DNA of 52,010 nt from a virus. Lineage: Duplodnaviria; Caudoviricetes. Below, one piece after another: positions 1-7,907 of the stretch (its first letter is position 1; the number at the start of each line of letters is the position of its first letter). The stretch lies in the IMG/VR virus record IMGVR_UViG_3300021088_000016, positions 1-52,010 of that record. One strand, given 5' to 3'. The translations under genes and the position numbers were made by a program. The notes under the pieces are model-generated. The model was not told where the DNA came from and did not search any database. It worked only from the letters and a program-made list of their open reading frames with translations.

Positions 1-114
1 ATTTCGGCCGATAAGGGGGTGCCATCCCCCTCTAGGGAGGGGCAACGATGTTTGATTGGTCAGGAAAAGCATGCTTCAATCAACAATCAAACACCAATCA
101 ACAACCAAACAAAC
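1..114. repeat. Direct terminal repeat, left copy (or assembly circular overlap)
   Basis: 1-114 is identical to 51897-52010. Confidence 0.95.
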
Positions 115-295
115 AACCGAGCACAATACAATCAAAGGACTGTTTGTTTGATGATTGATTGATCCCTCATTGATAACTTATTGTACCTAGAGTAAGAGCT
201 ACTCTACAACAACTAACTATCAATAGTTATTGATAACACTAGTAACACTAGTACTCTAGGGGGCGCAATAGCCCACTGAATATAACGCAGGACAA

Positions 296-331
296 TAAAA
301 AACCCGCCGAGCTGTGAAGCCCGACGGGTTT
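296..331 (-). terminator. Intrinsic terminator for the leftward block
   Basis: AAACCCG...CGGGTTT hairpin with an A6 run on + (U-tract on -), just downstream of ORF 349-660. Confidence 0.7.
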
Positions 332-348
332 GTTTGGTAGGTGTTAGA

Positions 349-660
349 TCAAAGGCGAGCCATTGGACACTCTAGACCGCGCTTGCCATCTGCCCGATGA
401 CGCAGACAACGTAACTCGTGAACCGGACAAGTCAGACATTGCTTGCCGCACCATGCGCAAGTGTCCAACGCGGGCACAGGGTAATTAGGTGGCGACACAC
501 CTAGTAGGTACACATGCTCGCTTCCATAGCATGTACGCTTATCGCTCTCACAGTGTCCTGAACCATAACGCCTGCACGTAATTGTAACATGCTCATTAGG
601 CCATGGACATGGCGTATGCCAACGTACCTTGCCATCCCAATTAGGCATTGTCATCTCCAC
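349..660 (-). CDS. Cys/His-rich hypothetical protein, possibly Zn-binding
   Basis: ORF with many Cys, including CAWC and CLTCPVH; likely start at the ATG after TGGAG. Confidence 0.6.
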   Translation of the reverse strand: MEMTMPNWDGKVRWHTPCPWPNEHVTITCRRYGSGHCESDKRTCYGSEHVYLLGVSPPNYPVPALDTCAWCGKQCLTCPVHELRCLRHRADGKRGLECPMARL

Positions 661-665
661 TGATT

Positions 666-691
666 AGAGAGCGGCATGATTGCCGCCCTCT
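666..691. terminator. Intergenic hairpin (terminator or processing site)
   Basis: AGAGAGCGGCA-TGAT-TGCCGCCCTCT between the two leftward ORFs. Confidence 0.5.
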
Positions 692-704
692 GTTGTTGTT
701 TAGA

Positions 705-2021
705 TCAAGCGGCCTTTTCCTTACGATTGGCGATCTTCTCTTTAGCCTTCATTTCCAGGTAGTCCGCTTTGTACGTTTCCCATATCGGGCCAAGGGCCGT
801 CATCATTGATCCAAGGTCATCCAAGGCGCTCTCTTTGGTCTCTTTGTCTTCCAACGCCTTGGTTATCAGTGTCGTGCCACCAGCGGGAATGAAGCGCGAG
901 ATGACATCAGCAGCCATAAAGAACTGTTTGGCTGTTACGACCTTGATTGATCCCTCTTTCTTGCGCTCTTTCTGCGGCATTGCCGCTTTGAACGCTGCGA
1001 ATGTGCCACCCTTCGATAAGGCGACATCAACAACATTCTCGCCTTTGGCATTGGTCTTTAGCATGGTCTTCATATTGGAGAGGGTAAAGCTCTCCGCTTT
1101 GCCAATGGCATCTTGTGGCCAGATACGCAGAGGGTAAGGTGTGCCGCGTTGCGGCGATCCATCTTCCTCTCGTTGTACCTGATATGTTACCTTGCCTTTG
1201 AAGCGCTCAAACTCTATGAGCGCCTTTGCTACGGTCACGCCATCGCTCAAGAACTTGGCAACGTTGTTGAGACGCTTGCGCAACATCTCCTTGTTCTTTT
1301 TGTCTTCGTCATTGGGGTCGGTCTTCGCATTAAGGATTTCCAACATATCCGAAATGCGGGAACCGACATCAGTAGCCAACGCAGCGTCCTTATAGAAAGA
1401 CGAATTTATTACCGTCTTTCCATCCTTGTACCGATAATGGTCCCACATATGACGATTGCTATTGTCAATGTTGGTTCCACTCGGCGCCTTGGTCCCAGGT
1501 ACGGGAAGTTTGACAATGTCTTCCTTTGACCATGCGCCACCCTTCCAATTGCGGTCCGTAGTTGTGTTCATGAATACGCGGCCCGCAACGTCATCCAAGC
1601 AAACTAGGCAAGCAAGTTTGACATCGTCGATAGCTTCTAGAAACACATTGACGTGTTCCGAGAATACCTTGGGAAGTTTTGCACCGTAGTTGGTTGCATC
1701 GGCCCTAACACGTTGCGCCGATATTGCATCCATTATTGGTGTGACGTCTTCCCCAACTTCGCCTTGCTTGCGAGCCTTGAGGGCATCAAGAACCATCTGT
1801 TCTTTGTCCTCATCGTCCATACCATCGAACTCAAGAGCATTGATGGTATCGACGATTTCATCGGTAGAGAGACCAAGTTCATCTTCCGCCCATTCCTTAT
1901 AAATCAGATTGAAATAGGCGACGATGATTGGCGTACGGGTTAGCTTGGCGCCTTCCTCGATATTGATTTCCGTGAATGGCGCTGTTGCTGTGAAGCCCAA
2001 TTCCATATTGGTCTTTGCCAT
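705..2021 (-). CDS. Hypothetical early protein, 438 aa
   Basis: Long ORF with GAAAGGA SD; no family recognised. Confidence 0.85.
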   Translation of the reverse strand: MAKTNMELGFTATAPFTEINIEEGAKLTRTPIIVAYFNLIYKEWAEDELGLSTDEIVDTINALEFDGMDDEDKEQMVLDALKARKQGEVGEDVTPIMDAISAQRVRADATNYGAKLPKVFSEHVNVFLEAIDDVKLACLVCLDDVAGRVFMNTTTDRNWKGGAWSKEDIVKLPVPGTKAPSGTNIDNSNRHMWDHYRYKDGKTVINSSFYKDAALATDVGSRISDMLEILNAKTDPNDEDKKNKEMLRKRLNNVAKFLSDGVTVAKALIEFERFKGKVTYQVQREEDGSPQRGTPYPLRIWPQDAIGKAESFTLSNMKTMLKTNAKGENVVDVALSKGGTFAAFKAAMPQKERKKEGSIKVVTAKQFFMAADVISRFIPAGGTTLITKALEDKETKESALDDLGSMMTALGPIWETYKADYLEMKAKEKIANRKEKAA

Positions 2022-2040
2022 AGTCTTTCGTCCTTTCTGT

Positions 2041-2269
2041 TTTCCGATAGTCCATCGCTAGGGCACGGTTAGAGAGCTAACGAAGTTTAGTTAACCCTTG
2101 CCACAATTCCGGCCGGTAACCCGTATCAAACAACGCTTCAAAAGCTATGATTGCGGTGTCGTGTTCATTGAACCACATTTCATGTATTCGGCCTCTATGA
2201 ACTAGCCTTATCATATATTTCACGGCGGTATCCTTTCCCATTTGTGCCCTAGGGAAGGACTATCGGAAA
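2041..2269. repeat. 26-bp inverted repeat (2041-2066 / 2244-2269) enclosing a small ORF
   Basis: TTTCCGATAGTCCATCGCTAGGGCAC versus GTGCCCTAGGGAAGGACTATCGGAAA: 24 of 26 positions complementary. Confidence 0.9.
2077..2223 (-). CDS. Small hypothetical protein, 48 aa (MKYMIRLVHRGRIHEMWFNEHDTAIIAFEALFDTGYRPELWQGLTKLR)
   Basis: Manual translation; GTG start preceded by GAAAGGA; fills the loop of the inverted repeat. Confidence 0.65.
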   Translation of the reverse strand: MKYMIRLVHRGRIHEMWFNEHDTAIIAFEALFDTGYRPELWQGLTKLR

Positions 2270-2418
2270 GATGTAGGTTTCGCGGCTGGTTGCCCCATGG
2301 CAACCGATGTCCGCTAACCGTTGTCAAAGAACTCTATGCATTGGCATAGCCGTTTCTTATTGTCCCTTACATAAGGATTGCTTTTGAACATTTCAAATCA
2401 CGACTTCGTGATAATCCA

Positions 2419-2446
2419 AGTATAAGCCCATACTCTAGTACCACAA
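2419..2446 (-). promoter_or_regulatory. Candidate leftward sigma70 promoter
   Basis: TTGTGG-16nt-TATACT on -; palindrome ATCACGA-CT-TCGTGAT at 2397-2412 just downstream. Confidence 0.4.
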
Positions 2447-2665
2447 GCGTGATATCCATGTTTATACGAAATTTATATCTTACAAATATAAAAATGGTGT
2501 AAACACGGCATAAATATCACGTAAATATTAGGTAATTGATGATGACCTTTTTCCCACTTAGCTACGCACAATCAAGGTAGCCGCAAATAAATAAAGAAAT
2601 ATATATGTTTCGCCACGTATGTAACACAATCAAAGGACCAAGCGTTAATAATAGGCAACTTGCGG

Positions 2666-2693
2666 TTGTCTCATGCGTGAATGAGTTTATAAT
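2666..2693 (+). promoter_or_regulatory. Candidate rightward sigma70 promoter
   Basis: TTGTCT-16nt-TATAAT upstream of the first + strand ORF. Confidence 0.55.
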
Positions 2694-2723
2694 GGAGTAG
2701 TAGGGAACTGTAACAAATAGGAG

Positions 2724-2921
2724 ATGGAAATGTACTTAGTAGAACGAGTTAGCGAAATCTTGAAGCCTTATGATTATTACTATCTTGTGGCTTCAGTTGG
2801 AATACCAGGCCCTGGTAATATCGTTGTTACCTTTGCCACGCAAGGAGATTTCTATACTGCCTGCATTAATGCCAGAGGCAAAGTCCTCTGGTGCCATACT
2901 TGCGGAGGCACAGGTGAGTGA
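2724..2921 (+). CDS. Hypothetical protein
   Basis: ORF with GGGAG SD; C-terminal CHTCGG. Confidence 0.6.
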   Translation: MEMYLVERVSEILKPYDYYYLVASVGIPGPGNIVVTFATQGDFYTACINARGKVLWCHTCGGTGE

Positions 2922-3150
2922 ACACAAGCCCAAACGCGGGGATAAGTTCTACGATCAAAGTAGGATGCCCGAGCAACCTAATGGATTTATCCTGATGGTT
3001 GATTGGAAGGAAAGAGAAGTCACTGTGCAGTTCCACAATGACGATAAGACGTGGAAACAATACTCCTTTGATGACATTGAAGATTACTATGACAGCTCGT
3101 TCATGGGAGGGGGCTACTACCTATACAATAGAATATCGAAGCTCTCCTAA
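2918..3150 (+). CDS. Hypothetical protein (C-terminal part of the 2770-3150 ORF; start approximate)
   Basis: GGAGG SD then a GTG overlapping the upstream stop; SEHKPKRGDKFYD... Confidence 0.55.
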
Positions 3151-3171
3151 GTAATAGTTGCGTATTCTCAG

Positions 3172-3200
3172 TTGGTGTAAAGAAATGTGCGTGGTACAAT
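3172..3200 (+). promoter_or_regulatory. Candidate sigma70 promoter
   Basis: TTGGTG-17nt-TACAAT with extended -10 TG. Confidence 0.45.
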
Positions 3201-3236
3201 AATGAATAGGGAAATGCAACTCAACGGGGATGAGAA

Positions 3237-3767
3237 ATGGGAAAGCGAATACGAAATAAGGGTGCGCGTAACGGTCATATGAAACGCTTTTCTTCGACGA
3301 TGGTTAATGCGGGGAAATCAGCTAATCGTCTGGTAATTGGAGAGTATGCAGCCCGGGCGAATACATTAGCTATTCCCCCCAAAGAAGCGAACTACTCCAA
3401 CAACGAAGAATATTATCGTGAGCGGAGGATACTAGAGCTTAAACCCATTGACGTGGTCCTCGGTAAACTCAAAGAGCTCTGGACCACTGATTTCTGGCAA
3501 GGGTACGATATCTTCAATCGTATATGCCATATTAATACGCCTAAACGTAAATTGTTTTTATTCTTTTCTGGACCTAGATGGTTCTGGGTTCAGGAAATCC
3601 AAGTAAGGGATGCGTGGGAGATTAAAAGGTCGATCATCTATCCCGATAGAGAGATCGCAATGAAGCGGTACTTCCACGCATCCATTTGCTGGATCGAGAA
3701 GAGACACATAGGCTCTCAGCTTTGTGAGCGAGAGCCTCCCCCCAAACTAGACTTAACAGTTATCTGA
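3237..3767 (+). CDS. Hypothetical protein, 176 aa
   Basis: ORF in operon orientation. Confidence 0.7.
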   Translation: MGKRIRNKGARNGHMKRFSSTMVNAGKSANRLVIGEYAARANTLAIPPKEANYSNNEEYYRERRILELKPIDVVLGKLKELWTTDFWQGYDIFNRICHINTPKRKLFLFFSGPRWFWVQEIQVRDAWEIKRSIIYPDREIAMKRYFHASICWIEKRHIGSQLCEREPPPKLDLTVI

Positions 3768-3975
3768 GGACAAGCCAGCGGTTAGGCCCTGAGTCCCACC
3801 AACCCCCGTGCCCGCTCAGGGTCGGCAGCCTCAGATGACGGTGGGGGTGGATGTACCGTCGTACCCTTCTGCCCCCACACGTATTTCCGACTAGGTAGTT
3901 CCCCGGTATCCCATCCCCAGCCTAGTCGGTTGTGAGAGAGCCAGGTGTCTCAGTCGAGATGCCTGGCTCTTTTCA
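3762..3975 (+). ncRNA. Candidate four-hairpin small RNA with C-rich loops, ending in a terminator-like hairpin
   Basis: Stems 3762-3769/3829-3836, 3787-3793/3815-3821, 3841-3851/3868-3878, 3887-3895/3921-3929, 3937-3951/3956-3970 followed by Ts. Confidence 0.55.
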
Positions 3976-3992
3976 TTCATAAAGGAGAGCAA

Positions 3993-4229
3993 ATGATTAT
4001 TGAATGTGCCTGTGGTCGTTTGGAGACTCGGCACGATACCTCAAGTCATCGTATTAAGGGATTGTGCCATCGCTGTAGAGCAGAGAAGTTGGCGCGAATT
4101 AAGTACCTTTCACGTATGTATCCGGCGGTATTTGCGCCGATCCTGCGGTATGCAGGTAAAGGCAAGCTAGCTACACGTGTGCCTGGCGGAATAGGTAGAC
4201 GCAAGGGACTTAAAATCCCTCGGCAGTAA
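3993..4229 (+). CDS. Small Cys-containing protein (CAC...CHRC) whose 3' end overlaps the tRNA
   Basis: AAGGAG SD, ATG at 3993, stop inside the tRNA. Confidence 0.55.
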   Translation: MIIECACGRLETRHDTSSHRIKGLCHRCRAEKLARIKYLSRMYPAVFAPILRYAGKGKLATRVPGGIGRRKGLKIPRQ

Positions 4230-4263
4230 TACCGTGCGGGTTCGAGTCCCGCGGCACACACCA
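4177..4263 (+). tRNA. tRNA-Leu(UAA)
   Basis: Acceptor GTGTGCC/GGCACAC, A discriminator and encoded CCA; anticodon arm AGGGA-CTTAAAA-TCCCT; long variable arm; T arm GCGGG-TTCGAGT-CCCGC. Confidence 0.97.
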
Positions 4264-4286
4264 AGTAAGGAGAGAGGAGAGGGAGA

Positions 4287-4832
4287 ATGTTTAGTACCTG
4301 GATCACAGAGAACCAACAAACAATGGCTCAAGATACTCTCTTAGCTTTGTTTATTGTGGCCATTTGTTTGATGCTATATCATTCGAATTGGCGTGCTGGT
4401 TACGCTTGGTTGCGAAATACATTCTACCCTTGGCTACGCCAGGTATGGGGAAAGTATATGTACCCCATACGCTGGCTAAAGAAATGGAAACGTCATCGAG
4501 ATAAAATACGCTCTGAGCGTAAGGCTGAGGTGCGTTTCTGGACTGACATACTATGCCAAGCAGGTGAGAATGCAGTTCATGCAGGCCAGTTCTCTCGTGA
4601 ACAGATTGATGGGTGGTATCAGACATTTGGGAAGAACGCCAGTTTAACTGGATTGCTTCCCAAGCACATATCCTTCACGCGCAAGGATCAACGGGACCTG
4701 AAAGACGCTATCTTGAAGCGCATCGGTCCCGAAGCCAGGCAAGCTTACAAAGAGAAGGTGAGCAAGCCAAAGACGTTGACTGCCAAGATGCTTCGCTACC
4801 AGTTCAAACGTGCGTTCCGTAATGCTGCCTAA
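4287..4832 (+). CDS. Hypothetical protein with N-terminal transmembrane segment
   Basis: Strong GAGGAG SD; hydrophobic LLALFIVAICLML. Confidence 0.75.
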   Translation: MFSTWITENQQTMAQDTLLALFIVAICLMLYHSNWRAGYAWLRNTFYPWLRQVWGKYMYPIRWLKKWKRHRDKIRSERKAEVRFWTDILCQAGENAVHAGQFSREQIDGWYQTFGKNASLTGLLPKHISFTRKDQRDLKDAILKRIGPEARQAYKEKVSKPKTLTAKMLRYQFKRAFRNAA

Positions 4833-4874
4833 TACCTAGTTCTACCCACCAGCGCAAGAAAAGGAGACATTCAT

Positions 4875-6440
4875 ATGTCTGCGCAATACACTGGGCTGAT
4901 CGCTGAACTCTCTGCCAACGCTACAATACCAGGGAAGCAACTGGAAGCGATCATGACTGCATACCCTACTTGTTGGGGTTATGCCGCACCTGTTACGGAC
5001 GCAAAGACAGGGGTGAAGAAGATGTTGATGGCTGCCACCAAGCTCCCTGAGGGCTGGTCAGCCAAGGACCTTCAAGATATGAAGGCTGAAATACGAGGAA
5101 CTCCTGAGATGATGGAGTACTTCGGCAAGATGCCCGACAATACGGAAGATGTCTGTATGCAACCGTTTCCTCTACTGGAGAACGACGGCGGCGGAGTTAC
5201 GCTGTGTCTCTTCATGGAGGGAGATTTCGAGCATTGGGCCAAAGAGGATGAACCTAATCATTCCCCGGAGTATATCTGCTACCGGGACAAGATTACTCCG
5301 TTGGTCAACAAGTTGAATAACTTGGTTGGTGGGAACATCACCAAGTTGGTCAAGGAGTTGGGTTCCTCTGAGTTCCAGGACATCCTGGAAGGGACATTCA
5401 ACGAGCGGGGTGTGATCTACTTCCTCGCTGACAATGGCGCCAGTCAGTTGATTGAGGGCGGTAACGATAAGCGTAAGGATGAAGACTGGGGTTCTACGTC
5501 CAATGAAGTCCCCGAAGTCGAAGCTCCTGTTGTGGAGGCTCCTGTCGAAGAGCCTGCGAAGGAGTTAACTCTGGCAGAGAAGCGTAAGCTTCGGCAGCAG
5601 GGTTCCAGCGCTGTGAAACCGAACCCTCCGGGTGTCCACACGGTTCCCACCAAGCCTGCGATTCAGCAGAAAGATACTTCGCTGTCCGAACAGCGGATTA
5701 AAGAGTCTTTGAATAGTTCTACGACTGCTTCGGCCTCCAAAGGGCCTTTTCTTTTCACTCTTCCGCAGACTATCAAGACCGAAGATGAAGCCAAGAACTA
5801 TTGGCGGACTAACTTCGGGACTTGCCCGGACAACTGGAAACACAAGGATGCCAATAGCAAGTGGGTTCCCAGTTACACCGCTGGGTTTCCATATGAGAAG
5901 TCAGCCAAGGGCTCCGTTATCCGTGACAAGTACAATGCGGATGGAAGTCTTAAGTCTGGCAGTAAGGGCTTCGCTGCACTGGACGATATTGCCAACGGGA
6001 AGACTGCCACAACCCCAACCACGAGTGCGGGAGACGGTGATACTCGACCCGCCTCGGCCCCGGCTAAGCTTCCTATAATGCCCGTGGCTGTGAGGGACAA
6101 GGTTATTGCGGAGATCACCAAGCTGGACTTGAAGTCTCGGAAGATCATGTCCAATGATGAGATCAAAGAGACGGAGAAGAAACACTCCACGCTCTTTGCC
6201 CAGTTGAATAATACTCCGCCTGAGGACCTCTGGCGTCTGTCGTACGCAGAGATCGACAGGCTCAATCGTACCTACCCAGATTTCGGAAGTGTTTGGTTAT
6301 TCTCCCTACGCAACTTCCAAATTCAGAATTGGAAGATCTTAGGAGATACCACTAAGAAAGAAGAACCCGAAGCAACGGGTCCCGAGCCGGAGCTCACTCT
6401 GGCTCAGAAGCGTGCCGCTCGAAAGGCGGCTGCCGCATAA
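4875..6440 (+). CDS. 521-aa protein: degenerate class II glutamine amidotransferase-like N-terminal domain plus low-complexity C-terminal region
   Basis: AAGGAG SD; WGYA, CMQPF and LFMEG resemble the GATase-II pattern (G.G, N.HPF, hHNG); no N-terminal Cys. Confidence 0.55.
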   Translation: MSAQYTGLIAELSANATIPGKQLEAIMTAYPTCWGYAAPVTDAKTGVKKMLMAATKLPEGWSAKDLQDMKAEIRGTPEMMEYFGKMPDNTEDVCMQPFPLLENDGGGVTLCLFMEGDFEHWAKEDEPNHSPEYICYRDKITPLVNKLNNLVGGNITKLVKELGSSEFQDILEGTFNERGVIYFLADNGASQLIEGGNDKRKDEDWGSTSNEVPEVEAPVVEAPVEEPAKELTLAEKRKLRQQGSSAVKPNPPGVHTVPTKPAIQQKDTSLSEQRIKESLNSSTTASASKGPFLFTLPQTIKTEDEAKNYWRTNFGTCPDNWKHKDANSKWVPSYTAGFPYEKSAKGSVIRDKYNADGSLKSGSKGFAALDDIANGKTATTPTTSAGDGDTRPASAPAKLPIMPVAVRDKVIAEITKLDLKSRKIMSNDEIKETEKKHSTLFAQLNNTPPEDLWRLSYAEIDRLNRTYPDFGSVWLFSLRNFQIQNWKILGDTTKKEEPEATGPEPELTLAQKRAARKAAAA

Positions 6441-6463
6441 CGGTAGTACTGTAGCGTTGAGTA

Positions 6464-6487
6464 AGGGGGGTCCTTCGGGACTCCCCT
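6464..6487 (+). terminator. UUCG-capped hairpin, probable terminator or stabiliser
   Basis: AGGGGGGTCC-TTCG-GGACTCCCCT. Confidence 0.65.
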
Positions 6488-6518
6488 GTCCTCTTAACCG
6501 TTATCGGAGCCACCATCC

Positions 6519-7217
6519 ATGTTCGGCATCAAGAAACCCGCCCTCGTAGTGCCTGATACGCACAACTACAACCTCCAAGAACTGGTTAAAACGGCGGCTG
6601 AACGTAATAAGTTCACGCCAGATATCTGGGAGTTGGAGCGGTCTGAATTCCAACGTGTGTTCATCTACGATGAGATGAAACATGGTCATAGGTCCAATGC
6701 CTTTCTCCCCGAAGAATTAGCTGAGAGAGATGCTACGTGCTACACGGAGAGTTACTTTGTGTTGCATAAGAAGCAACTCGGCCAAGCCAGTCAAGCCATA
6801 GCTACAGATGGCGATGTATGGCCTCATCCCTTTGGGGCTACTGCTGAAAGGGCTAGAATACAGGGAGAGATGTATGTGGTGTTTTCCAGCCACATCCCTG
6901 TCTTGGATACATACCACCAGAATACGATAGAGTTCGAACGTAGACGAGTTCGTATTCTACGCCCATGGAGGCATGTAGTCAAGGCCAAAGATGGTTTCCC
7001 TCTCAACGGAGAGATATTAGAGAGTTTTAAGGCCAGAGGCATCGTGCATTCCATGCGTGGTTGTGCTACCATGGACGCATGGATGTACGTGGGACGCCAG
7101 GAATACTGGGGTGAGCAGTTGGCCAGGCAGTTTACTCCAGTCAAGATGTTCACATCTCCTAATGAACCCTGGTTAAAGGAATACTACGCCTTCACCCAGA
7201 AGGAGTATGAGACGTGA
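6519..7217 (+). CDS. Gamma-glutamylcyclotransferase (GGCT/AIG2)-fold protein, divergent
   Basis: VFIYDEMKHGH, IQGEMYVV, LDTYH, FERRRVRI and AWMY align with GGCT motifs (FVYGTL, GEVY, LD..E, Y.R, AW.Y). Confidence 0.75.
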   Translation: MFGIKKPALVVPDTHNYNLQELVKTAAERNKFTPDIWELERSEFQRVFIYDEMKHGHRSNAFLPEELAERDATCYTESYFVLHKKQLGQASQAIATDGDVWPHPFGATAERARIQGEMYVVFSSHIPVLDTYHQNTIEFERRRVRILRPWRHVVKAKDGFPLNGEILESFKARGIVHSMRGCATMDAWMYVGRQEYWGEQLARQFTPVKMFTSPNEPWLKEYYAFTQKEYET

Positions 7218-7247
7218 GACAGTTGGAGAAAGATTCGTGGAGTATGA

Positions 7248-7451
7248 ATGATGGGTTGGAAACCTATAGCCACTGCACCTAAAGATGCTTCTTGGCATCT
7301 TGTAAGAAACGAAAAGAAGAAGGAATTCCTAGCACATTGGGCTTCTGATTTATCTGGTTCGGAACAACCTCCTTTCCAAGGATGGTTTGAAAGAGTAGGC
7401 GATCTATACTTTTCGCGTCTTGAACCCCAGCCTACAGAATGGTGGGACTAA
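7248..7451 (+). CDS. Small phage protein with WxPIxTAPKD motif (DUF551-like)
   Basis: GWKPIATAPKD...QPTEWWD. Confidence 0.75.
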   Translation: MMGWKPIATAPKDASWHLVRNEKKKEFLAHWASDLSGSEQPPFQGWFERVGDLYFSRLEPQPTEWWD

Positions 7452-7618
7452 TGCGTCATCCCGGTCTCTTTGTAGCTGAGCCAGGTTCTTTACTCGAAAG
7501 GACCTGGCGGAAGCTCGTAGGTCAGGTACGAATACAGGCGAGATACAAGGAAGGTAAGCTTGTATCTTGGTTCTCATATATCGACTATGCGGTCACTTCT
7601 CGGTGGTTTGGAGATTAG
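7451..7618 (+). CDS. Small hypothetical protein, 55 aa
   Basis: Manual translation MRHPGLFVAEPG...; TAATG coupling with the upstream gene. Confidence 0.5.
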   Translation: MRHPGLFVAEPGSLLERTWRKLVGQVRIQARYKEGKLVSWFSYIDYAVTSRWFGD

Positions 7619-7620
7619 AC

Positions 7621-7648
7621 TTGACAAATTAGAAAAAGTGTGTATAAT
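7621..7648 (+). promoter_or_regulatory. Consensus sigma70 promoter for the replication genes
   Basis: TTGACA-16nt-TATAAT. Confidence 0.85.
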
Positions 7649-7736
7649 GGCCGAACGGGCCATATATACTTAGTATATAGTTCTTAACCGCTTGGTTAAC
7701 CGGAAGGTAGGATAGCGGTAGGTATACGGAGCCCCG

Positions 7737-7907
7737 ATGAGTAAGATGCTTGAACGCCATGTTCCTTGTCCAATGTGCACCAGTTCCGATGCATATTGTG
7801 TATATGCAGATGGACATGGCTATTGTTTTGCTTGCAAAAGATCTAAAAGAGGGTATAATATAGAACCTATTATAATTAATAACAAGAACAAGGAGCCCAA
7901 GTGGTAG
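7737..7907 (+). CDS. Stand-alone T7-type primase zinc-binding domain, 56 aa
   Basis: MSKMLERHVPCPMCTSSDAYCVYADGHGYCFACK... matches the gp4 ZBD pattern; ends at TAG 7905-7907. Confidence 0.85.
   Translation: MSKMLERHVPCPMCTSSDAYCVYADGHGYCFACKRSKRGYNIEPIIINNKNKEPKW

Noticed and set aside
769-1943. Several + strand ORFs
   Set aside because: Antisense shadows of the 438-aa gene, without SDs
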